Positions 43,745-51,740 of a stretch of 64,000 nucleotides of DNA are shown here, in pieces. The translations under genes were made by a program, and so were the position numbers. The notes under the pieces are model-generated. The model had not been told where the DNA came from and made no database searches. It saw only the letters and a program-made list of their open reading frames with translations. Position 1 is the stretch's first letter. Each line of letters begins with the position of its first letter. The stretch is from assembly GCA_964442285.1 (NCBI GenBank), contig CAYTZH010000010.1, positions 33,516 to 97,515 on the forward strand, given 5' to 3'. The DNA comes from an uncultured Spirochaetales bacterium (GTDB taxonomy: Bacteria; Myxococcota_A; UBA9160; JAFDET01).

Positions 43745-44886
43745 GAGGCCTCCCGCCCGCCGGTCCCCGGCTCCGGGGGCCCGCACAGGTCCCGTTGTAG
43801 CACGTCCACGATCCGGGCCGCGGCGCGTCCGTCCCAGCGTTCCGGGACGCGACCGGCCTTCGACTCGCCGTCGAGGATCTTGGTGACCTCGCTGCGGATG
43901 GTGGCCGGGTCGCGACCCACCAGCGTATTCGTTCCCTCGCTGAGCGTCACCGGCCGCTCCGTGTTCTCGCGCAGGGTGAGGCAGGGAACGCCGAGCACCG
44001 TGGTCTCCTCCTGGACGCCGCCGGAATCCGTGAGCACCAGCTTTGCATCGGCCATCAGCCGCAGGAAATCGAGGTATCCCAGGGGCTCGGTGGTGCGAAG
44101 CCGGGGCTCGCGCCCGCCGAGCAGGCGCGCGATGGCCGCACGGGTCCGCGGATGGACCGGGAACACCAGGGGAATCTCGCCGTGGATCTCCTCCAGCACG
44201 CCGAACAGCGCCCGCAGGTGGGTGGGGTCGTCCACGTTGGCCGGCCGGTGCAGGGTGAGCAGGCCGTAGCCCCCGGGGGTCAGGCCCAGCCGTCCCAGGG
44301 TGTCCCGCTCCCGGGCCCGCGCGAGATGGGCGCGCAGGGTGTCGATCATGACGTTGCCGGCGAAGTGGATCCGCTCGGGGGCCACGCCCTCCCGGAGCAG
44401 GTTCTGCTCGGCCGCGGGCTCCGTGGTGAAGCACCAGTCGGAGATGGCATCGGTGAGCACCCGGTTGATCTCTTCGGGCATGGTCCGGTCGAAGGAGCGC
44501 AGTCCGGCCTCCACGTGGGCCACCGGGATCCCGAGCTTGACGGCGGCGAGCGCGGAGGCCAGGGAGCTGTTGACGTCGCCCACCACCACCACGACATCCG
44601 CCGGGGACTCCTGGAGCAGGACCTCCATCTGGCGCAGGACCTCGGCCGTCTGGGCCCCGTGGGGACCCGAGCCGACGCCGAGATTGCGGTCCGGCTCCGG
44701 GATCCCGAGGTCCTGGAAGAAGTCCTCCGACATGGCGCGGTCGTAGTGCTGACCGGTGTGGACGAGGGTCACGCCGAAGGCGTCCCGGGCCCGGAGCTCG
44801 CGCAGGAGCGGGGCGATCTTCATGAAGTTCGGTCTCGCGCCCGCGACGGCGAGGATCCTCGGACGGGGCCGGTGCTCGAGGGCCAT
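43741..44886 (-). CDS. wecB: UDP-N-acetylglucosamine 2-epimerase (non-hydrolysing)
   Basis: Internal ATG at 44886 of ORF 43741..45006, with RBS GGAGA. Motifs ILAVAGARPNFMKIAPL, HTGQHYD, VVVVGDVNSSLA, VAHVEAGLRSFD and TDSGGVQEE. Confidence 0.9.
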   Translation of the reverse strand: MALEHRPRPRILAVAGARPNFMKIAPLLRELRARDAFGVTLVHTGQHYDRAMSEDFFQDLGIPEPDRNLGVGSGPHGAQTAEVLRQMEVLLQESPADVVVVVGDVNSSLASALAAVKLGIPVAHVEAGLRSFDRTMPEEINRVLTDAISDWCFTTEPAAEQNLLREGVAPERIHFAGNVMIDTLRAHLARARERDTLGRLGLTPGGYGLLTLHRPANVDDPTHLRALFGVLEEIHGEIPLVFPVHPRTRAAIARLLGGREPRLRTTEPLGYLDFLRLMADAKLVLTDSGGVQEETTVLGVPCLTLRENTERPVTLSEGTNTLVGRDPATIRSEVTKILDGESKAGRVPERWDGRAAARIVDVLQRDLCGPPEPGTGGREAS

Positions 44887-44957
44887 GATCTCCTGCTCTT
44901 CTCCCCGCTTCTCCCCGCGGGTGGTGGGTTGCGGGCGGTGCCTCGGGCTTCGTGAAA

Positions 44958-44975
44958 TTTGCGAGAAGCGTGCCA
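44958..44975 (-). promoter_or_regulatory. Sigma54 (-24/-12) promoter for the wecB ... xrtA-epsI operon
   Basis: The minus strand reads TGGCACGCTTCTCGCAAA. GG and GC are in the exact -24/-12 register of the consensus TGGCAC-N5-TTGCA, with one -12 mismatch. The -12 GC lies about 75 nt upstream of the wecB ATG. Two sigma54-activator genes are in the window. Confidence 0.65.
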
Positions 44976-45188
44976 GGCACCTCGCCGAGGCGCTCGGAGC
45001 CGGCACCTCAAAGCCCTAAAGTATTGCGTTCGTCTCGCGAAAGGGAATGGGGCTGCCTCTGTGTGCCGCAGGACGGAAAATCCGTTCCCACGTGCCGAAC
45101 CAGTTCCCACAAGTGGAAGGGGTTTACATATGGGCCGAAGCCCGCAAACTCCGTTCGGCCGTGTGGGCCCTCGAGGGGAGGCCGCTGA

Positions 45189-45206
45189 CGGCACGGCGAT
45201 CGCAAA
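45189..45206 (+). promoter_or_regulatory. Sigma54 (-24/-12) promoter for the response-regulator/export operon
   Basis: The plus strand reads CGGCACGGCGATCGCAAA. It has the same GGCACG-N4-TCGCAAA architecture as the divergent promoter. The -12 GC lies about 60 nt upstream of the ATG at 45264. Confidence 0.6.
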
Positions 45207-45263
45207 GCCTCCCGCGACCGGAACGTAGGGAAGCAGCCTCGTCCGCGGAGGAATGACGCCGGA

Positions 45264-46688
45264 ATGTCCGAGCCTTTTCGCGTTCTCGTGATCGACGACG
45301 ATCCCGGGGTCCGCGACTACCTGGAGGCCCTGGTGACGCGCCAGGGCTACGAGGTCTTTGCCGCCGCGGGTGGTGAGGAGGCGCTGCAGTCCCTCGAGCA
45401 GAGCCGGCCCGACCTGGTGACCCTCGACGTGGTGCTGCCCGGCATGGATGGTCTCGAGACACTCCGCCAGCTCAAGCAGAAGCTGGCCGACGTGCCGGTC
45501 ATCATGCTCTCGGGCCACGGCCAGGCCCGCACCATCGTCGAGGCCATGAAGCTCGGCGCCTCGGACTTCCTGCGCAAGCCGTTCGAGGTGGAGGAGCTCG
45601 AGCTGGCCTTCCAGAAGGCGCTCGAGAAGCGCGCCCTGAAGCAGGAGGTGGAGGACCTCCGGCGCCGCTCCCGGGGCGAGTCGGAGCGCATGATCCTCTT
45701 CGGGGACAACGAGAAGATGCGCGGGGTGCGCGAGATCATCGAGCAGGTCGCCGACACCGACATCACCGTCCTGATCCGGGGCCCGAGCGGCACCGGCAAG
45801 GAGGTGGTGGCCCGCAGCATCTTCGAGCTGTCGAGCCGTCGCGACCGTCCCTTCGTCAAGGTCAACTGCGCCGCGCTCCCCTCGGAGCTCCTGGAGAGCG
45901 AGCTCTTCGGCTTCGAGAAGGGGGCCTTCACGGGCGCCCAGAAGCGCAAGCTCGGCAAGTTCGAGTACGCGAACCACGGCACCATCTTCCTGGACGAGAT
46001 CAGCGAGATGCACCCCAACCTCCAGGCCAAGCTCCTGCAGGTGCTCCAGGACGGGGAGTTCTCGCGCCTCGGCGGGGAGAGCGACATCCGCGTCGACACC
46101 CGGGTGCTGGCCGCCACCAACCGCAACCTGGAGGAGGCGGTGCGCGACGGGTCGTTCCGCGAGGACCTCTTCTACCGCCTCAACGTGGTCGCCATCCAGA
46201 TCCCGCCGCTGCAGGATCGGCGCGACAGCATCCCGCTGCTGGTGGACCACTTCCTGCGCAAGTACAACGAGCAGTACAAGAAGGAGGTGAAGCAGCTCTC
46301 CTCCGAGACCCTGGCCGTATTCATGCAGTACGGCTGGCCCGGCAACGTCCGGGAGCTCGAGAACATGGTGAAGCGCATGGTGGTGCTCGGGAACGAGGAC
46401 ACCGTGCTGGAGGACATCCGCCTCCAGGCTGCGCGGGCCGAGACCGCCGACGCGGAGGCCGACGACCCCCTGGACCTGACCGAGCTCGACGCCGACCTGG
46501 CCGACGGCAAGGGCATCGACCTCAAGTCGATCGCCAAGCGGGCGGCCCAGCTGGCGGAGAAGCGGGTGATCGAGAAGGTGCTCGCCCAGACCCGGTGGAA
46601 CCGCAAGGAGGCCGCCGAGCGTCTGCAGATCAGCTACAAGGCGCTGCTCTACAAGATGAAGGAGAACGGGCTCAGCGAGGGCCGCTGA
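45264..46688 (+). CDS. Sigma54-dependent response regulator (NtrC family: REC + AAA+ + Fis-type HTH), orphan copy heading the export operon
   Basis: ORF 45264..46688. REC domain VLVIDDD and DLVTLDVVLPGMDG. Walker A GPSGTGKE, the sigma54-contact loop GAFTGA, and the C-terminal HTH NRKEAAERLQISYKALLYKMKENGL. Confidence 0.9.
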   Translation: MSEPFRVLVIDDDPGVRDYLEALVTRQGYEVFAAAGGEEALQSLEQSRPDLVTLDVVLPGMDGLETLRQLKQKLADVPVIMLSGHGQARTIVEAMKLGASDFLRKPFEVEELELAFQKALEKRALKQEVEDLRRRSRGESERMILFGDNEKMRGVREIIEQVADTDITVLIRGPSGTGKEVVARSIFELSSRRDRPFVKVNCAALPSELLESELFGFEKGAFTGAQKRKLGKFEYANHGTIFLDEISEMHPNLQAKLLQVLQDGEFSRLGGESDIRVDTRVLAATNRNLEEAVRDGSFREDLFYRLNVVAIQIPPLQDRRDSIPLLVDHFLRKYNEQYKKEVKQLSSETLAVFMQYGWPGNVRELENMVKRMVVLGNEDTVLEDIRLQAARAETADAEADDPLDLTELDADLADGKGIDLKSIAKRAAQLAEKRVIEKVLAQTRWNRKEAAERLQISYKALLYKMKENGLSEGR

Positions 46689-46709
46689 GCGCGTTTCCAG
46701 GGAGCCCCG

Positions 46710-47312
46710 ATGTCCAAGCGTTTCGGTCGGCGAATCCCCCTCGCCTGCATCCTGGTCGTCCTCGCCACGGCGTGCGCGAGCCGCGTGGTGCCCCCGCCCC
46801 CGGAAGTGGACGTGCTCGAGCGGGACACCTACGTGATCGGGCACTCCGACGTCCTGCGGATCGACGTCTGGAAGCAGCCCGAGCTCTCGGTGGCGAACGT
46901 GCCGGTGCGGCCCGACGGCAAGATCTCGGTGCCGCTGATCGACGACGTGCAGGCGGCGGGGCTGACGCCCGAAGAGCTCAAGGAGCTGCTCACCAAGGCG
47001 ATGGCCGAGTACGTCACCGCGCCCGACGTCACCGTCCTCGTGATCGCGATCAACAGCAAGACCATCCACCTGATGGGCGAGATCGTGCGCCCCAACGCCT
47101 ACATCGTCTCCCGGGACATGCGGGTGCTGGACGCCCTCGCCGTCGCCGGTGGGTTCACCGCCTACTCGAACAAGCGGCGGATCAAGATCCTGCGCCCGAG
47201 CCCCGCCGGCATCGCCGAGTACCGCTTCGACTACGAGGCCTATCTCGACGGCAAGACGCCCGAGGCGAACATCCTGCTCTATCCCGGCGACACCATCGTG
47301 GTGCCCGACTGA
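46710..47312 (+). CDS. Polysaccharide export protein (Wza/EpsE-like; Poly_export + SLBB), lipoprotein
   Basis: ORF 46710..47312. Signal and lipobox ILVVLATAC. Motifs YVIGHSDVLRIDVW and PVRPDGKISVPLIDDVQAAGLTPEEL. Confidence 0.85.
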   Translation: MSKRFGRRIPLACILVVLATACASRVVPPPPEVDVLERDTYVIGHSDVLRIDVWKQPELSVANVPVRPDGKISVPLIDDVQAAGLTPEELKELLTKAMAEYVTAPDVTVLVIAINSKTIHLMGEIVRPNAYIVSRDMRVLDALAVAGGFTAYSNKRRIKILRPSPAGIAEYRFDYEAYLDGKTPEANILLYPGDTIVVPD

Positions 47313-47314
47313 CC

Positions 47315-49117
47315 ATGGGACGGGTCCAAGCTGTCGCCGCCTGCGCCTCGGCCGCGCTCCTGGTGCTCGGGTCTCCGGGCGCCGCGCACGAGGTCCAGAT
47401 CGGCCTGCAGACGACCATGGACTACGACAGCAACATCTTCAACAGCGCCGGCGACGTGACCGACGACGGGATCTGGCGCTTCAGTCCCTCGATCCGGCTC
47501 CTCCACGAGCAGGGCGACTTCACCTACGACGTCCGCTTCGTCCCGCGCTTCGAGACTTTCATCGTCCAGTCGGATCTCGAGGCCTGGGACTACAACGTGG
47601 CGGCCCTCTTCGGCCTGCGGCTGGGCCCGCGGACGCAGATTCGGCTCTCCGAGCGCTTCCTCCAGACCCGCAGCCTCAACCGCGCCGAGGTCCTCCTGAC
47701 CCCGGAGGAGCAGGTCGAGCTCGGCGTAATCGGTCAGCCCGACATCGAGTTCAACCGCAACCTGACCAAGCAGAACGTAGTGGATCTCTCCCTCACCCAC
47801 GGCTTCAGCGAGCGGCTCACGGGGAACCTCGTCGGGCAGTACTCGATCTTCATCCCGGAGTTGGAGAACAACTTCACCAGCAGCACGTACGCGGCCACCG
47901 GCAGCCTCGACTACGCCCTGACCCGGCGGACCAGCATCGGGGGCGGTCTCGGCTACACCCACCAGCTCTTCGAACAGACGACCACGCAGGACACGACGAC
48001 GACCGACTTCTATCGCCTGTTCGGCCGGCTCACCCACCAGATCGATCCGACCCTGACCGTGAGCCTGCAGGCCGGCCCCAGCTTCATCGACTCCGACACC
48101 GCGGACGACATCACCCAGCAGACGGTGCTCCGATTCCCGGCCCGCAACCTCACCACCAGCACCGAGCCGGACCGGCTGAACCTGCTCGACCCGGGGCTCT
48201 GCCCGACGCTCGACGACGGCACGCCGTTCAACGCCAACACCTGCGGAATCTTCCAGGGCAACCGGCGGCTCGAGTTCGAGCGGACACAGAACGTGATGAT
48301 CCAGGGCGTCGCCGGCCAGGTGAACGGCTTCTACATCGACAGCCAGGTGCTGCGGACCGACGTCCTGGATCAGGTGGTCGACATCTCCCTGGTGGGCGAT
48401 CGCCCCGATTCCGGCTCCAACATCACCTTCTTCGCCGCGGCCTCGGTCGTCAAGTCGTGGGAGACCGTGACCGCCGCGCTGCGCTACACCCGGCGGGACA
48501 GCGGCAGCAGCGGCTTCGGCACGAGCACGATCGTGGACACGGTCACGGGGACTCTCAGCTGGGAGCCCGCCCGCAAGTGGCGGCTCAGCCTGAGCGGGAT
48601 CTGGACCCAGCAGTCGTCCGCCACCGAGCAGGCCGTCAACCGGGTCACCCTGCGGCCCCTGACCCTGCGCGAGCTCAACGAGGAGTTCGGCGGGGTCCTC
48701 AACCCGGAGGAGAGCGCGAGCGCCATCCTGCGCGATCCGGACGACGACCTGGTGCTGCTGGTCGAGAACCTGAACAACGGCCTTCCCGGCAACCCGCTCG
48801 GTCCGGACGGCGACGACCGCTTCGACCTGAGCGAGCTCCCGGACGCCCAGGAGCTCACGGACGAGGCCCTGGACACCGTGGTCGGGGCCGAGGTGGTCGC
48901 CCTGCGCCGGGTCACGATCGACGACGCCATCGACATCCAGACCTTCGGCGCCACGGTCCGGCTGGAGCGGGAGCTGACCCGGCAGTCTCGGGTCTTCCTC
49001 GACCTCGCCTACCGCCGCCAGGACAGCGCCCGCGGAAGCGTCACCGGAGGCGTCGTCCTGAACACCTACAGGGCCAGCCTGGGATTCGTCTGGACGTTCG
49101 ATCCCTGGCGGTTCTGA
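47315..49117 (+). CDS. Outer-membrane beta-barrel protein of PEP-CTERM/EPS loci (600 aa)
   Basis: Internal ATG at 47315 of ORF 46595..49117. Signal peptide MGRVQAVAACASAALLVLGSPGAAHE. Alternating beta-strand pattern and an aromatic C-terminus LGFVWTFDPWRF. An acidic insert lies around 48664..48876. Confidence 0.7.
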   Translation: MGRVQAVAACASAALLVLGSPGAAHEVQIGLQTTMDYDSNIFNSAGDVTDDGIWRFSPSIRLLHEQGDFTYDVRFVPRFETFIVQSDLEAWDYNVAALFGLRLGPRTQIRLSERFLQTRSLNRAEVLLTPEEQVELGVIGQPDIEFNRNLTKQNVVDLSLTHGFSERLTGNLVGQYSIFIPELENNFTSSTYAATGSLDYALTRRTSIGGGLGYTHQLFEQTTTQDTTTTDFYRLFGRLTHQIDPTLTVSLQAGPSFIDSDTADDITQQTVLRFPARNLTTSTEPDRLNLLDPGLCPTLDDGTPFNANTCGIFQGNRRLEFERTQNVMIQGVAGQVNGFYIDSQVLRTDVLDQVVDISLVGDRPDSGSNITFFAAASVVKSWETVTAALRYTRRDSGSSGFGTSTIVDTVTGTLSWEPARKWRLSLSGIWTQQSSATEQAVNRVTLRPLTLRELNEEFGGVLNPEESASAILRDPDDDLVLLVENLNNGLPGNPLGPDGDDRFDLSELPDAQELTDEALDTVVGAEVVALRRVTIDDAIDIQTFGATVRLERELTRQSRVFLDLAYRRQDSARGSVTGGVVLNTYRASLGFVWTFDPWRF

Positions 49118-49165
49118 GGCATCTCTCCCCCCAACTCCGCGGAAAAGCAGGCGAAAAGGACGACC

Positions 49166-50806
49166 ATGAACGCGCAAGAGGGTCTTCAGCTTCCGGATCT
49201 CCGAGGAATGCTCACCCGGCGTGCCCCCGTGGCTGCCGCCGTGGCCGGGGCGGTCTTCCTGCTCTCCATCGTCCTGGCCGCCGTGCTGCCGAACCAGTAC
49301 GAGGCCTCCACGACCATCCTCGTCGAGCCCCAGACCATCTCGACGCAGCTGGTCGAGGCCCAGATGGCCAGCACCGACCTCAACGCGCGCCTCCACCTGA
49401 TGTCCATGCAGATCCTCTCGCGGCCCCGGCTCTCGCGGATCATCGACGACCTCGATCTCTACGAGGACGAGTCGGAGCAGATGACCCGGGCCGAGGTCAT
49501 CGAGCTGATGCGGGACCAGATCCGGGTGGAGCCGGTGCTCCCGGAGCTCGAGCAGACCCTCCGCACCGTCCGCCGCGACATCCAGATCAACACCTTCCGG
49601 CTCTTCTTCCAGAGCGATCGGGCGGCGCTGGCCGCCAAGGTGGCCAATCGGCTGGCGAGCGACTTCACCGACGAGCACATCCGCGAGCGGGTGAACGTCA
49701 CGAGCGACACCGCGGAGTTCATCGAGGCGGAGCTCGCCCGGCTGGCCGTCCAGATCCAGGACGTGGAGAGCCGCATCGCCCAGGTGAAGGCGGAGAACCC
49801 GGGCAAGCTCCCCGAGGACTTCAGCGCCAACCAGCGGCTGTACGAGCGGGCCGTGGACAACCTGCGCCTCGCCCAGCGGAAGCTGGCGGAGGCCGAGAGC
49901 GACGAGGCCTTCTATCGGCAGCAGGCCGCCGTTTCGTCGAACGTCTATCCCCAGGACGCCGCGAGCCCCGAGCGCCGGCTCGACCTGCTCGAGCTCCAGC
50001 TCGCCGAGTACCTCTCCCGCGGGCTGACGGAGAAGCACCCGGACATCGTGGCGACCCGCCTGGAGATCGAGCAGGTGAAGCGCACCGTCGCCGCCGGGGC
50101 CGACCTGGAGGGTGGCGAGCCGCCCAAGAGCGTGGCCCAGCAGACCGCCGAGTCCGAGCAGCGCCGGGCGGCCCTCCAGGTGCGCGCGACCCAGGAGGAG
50201 ATCGGCCGGCTCGAGGCGCAGGTGGCGGAGGTGCAGACCCGCATGGCGGAGACGCCCCGGGTCGCGGAGCAGCTGGCGGCCCTGGAGCGCGACTACGAGC
50301 ATCTGTTCGAGAGCTTCCAGAGCTACAGCAACAAGCGTCTCGAGGCGGCGGTCTCGGCGAACATGGAGCGGCGCCAGAAGGGCGAGCAGTTCCGGGTGCT
50401 GGAGCAGGCCGTTCCGCCCCCGAGCCCCACTTCGCCGAACCGGCCGTTGATCGTGCTGCTGGGGCTGTTCCTGGGCGTGGCCCTGGGCGCGGGCGTCGGC
50501 GTCCTGATGGAGGCCGCGGACCCCTCGTTCCACGTGGCCCGGGACCTCCAGACCGCCTTCCGGATCCCGGTGCTGGCCCAGATCCCGAACATCTTCCTGG
50601 AGTCGGACCGGGTGGCCCAGCGCCGTCGGCGGGCCGTGGTGGCGGCCGCCACGGTGGCGATCGTCGGCGTGGTGCTGATGGGCGCGGCCGCCGGCTACTT
50701 CGTGGTGAACGGGGCACCGGGATGGCTCAGCGGCGGCGACGAGGCCGAGCAGTCGGAGCCGGCGCCGGACGCGGCGGCCCTCGCGGGGCCGGGGCGGACG
50801 GTCTAG
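49166..50806 (+). CDS. Polysaccharide chain-length determinant (PCP/Wzz-GumC type, PEP-CTERM-locus subfamily-like)
   Basis: ORF 49166..50806. An N-terminal TM segment is followed by NQYEASTTILVEP. A long coiled-coil periplasmic region follows, then the P-rich motif AVPPPSPTSPNRPL before the C-terminal TM segment. Confidence 0.85.
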   Translation: MNAQEGLQLPDLRGMLTRRAPVAAAVAGAVFLLSIVLAAVLPNQYEASTTILVEPQTISTQLVEAQMASTDLNARLHLMSMQILSRPRLSRIIDDLDLYEDESEQMTRAEVIELMRDQIRVEPVLPELEQTLRTVRRDIQINTFRLFFQSDRAALAAKVANRLASDFTDEHIRERVNVTSDTAEFIEAELARLAVQIQDVESRIAQVKAENPGKLPEDFSANQRLYERAVDNLRLAQRKLAEAESDEAFYRQQAAVSSNVYPQDAASPERRLDLLELQLAEYLSRGLTEKHPDIVATRLEIEQVKRTVAAGADLEGGEPPKSVAQQTAESEQRRAALQVRATQEEIGRLEAQVAEVQTRMAETPRVAEQLAALERDYEHLFESFQSYSNKRLEAAVSANMERRQKGEQFRVLEQAVPPPSPTSPNRPLIVLLGLFLGVALGAGVGVLMEAADPSFHVARDLQTAFRIPVLAQIPNIFLESDRVAQRRRRAVVAAATVAIVGVVLMGAAAGYFVVNGAPGWLSGGDEAEQSEPAPDAAALAGPGRTV

Positions 50807-50821
50807 GAGGCGGGGCGGCCG

Positions 50822-51718
50822 ATGTACCTGGAGTACTACGGGCTCGTCCGAGGGCCCTTCGAGATGACGCCCGACCCGTCCTTCCTCTACCTGGGGGAGA
50901 CCCACCGGGAGGGGCTGGCGACCCTCGTCTACGGCGTCCGCTCCCGGAAGGGCTTCCTCCTGCTCACCGGCGAGGTGGGGACCGGGAAGACCACGCTGCT
51001 CCACGCCCTGCTCTCCCAGCTCGACGCCAGCACCGCCTCGGCCTTCATGTTCAACCCCCGACTCGAGCCCCTGGACTTCTTCCGGATGCTCTTCGACGAG
51101 TACGGGCTGGAGGAGGGGTGCGAGACCAAGGCCGAGTACCTGATGGCGCTCAACCGCTTCCTGATCGAGCGGCTCGAGCGCGACCAGCCCACCCTGCTCA
51201 TCGTGGACGAGGCGCAGAACCTCTCGCCCGAGATGCTCGAGGAGATCCGGCTGCTCTCCAACCTGGAGACCTCCACCTCGAAGCTCATCCAGATCATGCT
51301 GGTGGGACAGCCGGAGCTGAAGGAGCTGCTCGCCCGTCCCGAGCTGCGCCAGCTCCGGCAGCGAATCGTGCTCCGGCACCACCTGCGTCCGTTCGATGCA
51401 GAGGAGACCACCTCCTATGTGCAGGAGCGGCTGCGACTTGCGGGCTACACGGGAAAGGGGATCTTCAAGCGTTCGGCGCTGGCGGCGCTGTACGAGGTCA
51501 CGGGGGGCGTCCCCCGGCTCGTCAACGTCGTCTGCGACGGGGCTCTGCTGCTCGGCTACGCCCGGGATTGGAGCACCCTCGGACGCGAGGCCATCCTCGA
51601 GGTGGCTCGGGATCTGGACTTGATCGAGGCGGGGGCGTCCCCTGCGGGGACCCCGGCTTCCGGAGAGTCGGGCCGAGGGGAACGGCGCCGACGCGGCCTA
51701 TTCGGGATGTTCCGCTGA
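50822..51718 (+). CDS. ExeA-like AAA ATPase (XrtA/PEP-CTERM system-associated ATPase type)
   Basis: ORF 50822..51718. N-terminus MYLEYYGLVRGPFEMTPDPSFLY, Walker A GEVGTGKTT, and Walker B LLIVDEAQNL. Confidence 0.85.
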   Translation: MYLEYYGLVRGPFEMTPDPSFLYLGETHREGLATLVYGVRSRKGFLLLTGEVGTGKTTLLHALLSQLDASTASAFMFNPRLEPLDFFRMLFDEYGLEEGCETKAEYLMALNRFLIERLERDQPTLLIVDEAQNLSPEMLEEIRLLSNLETSTSKLIQIMLVGQPELKELLARPELRQLRQRIVLRHHLRPFDAEETTSYVQERLRLAGYTGKGIFKRSALAALYEVTGGVPRLVNVVCDGALLLGYARDWSTLGREAILEVARDLDLIEAGASPAGTPASGESGRGERRRRGLFGMFR

Positions 51719-51740
51719 GCGGAGCCCGGGGAGCAGAGCC

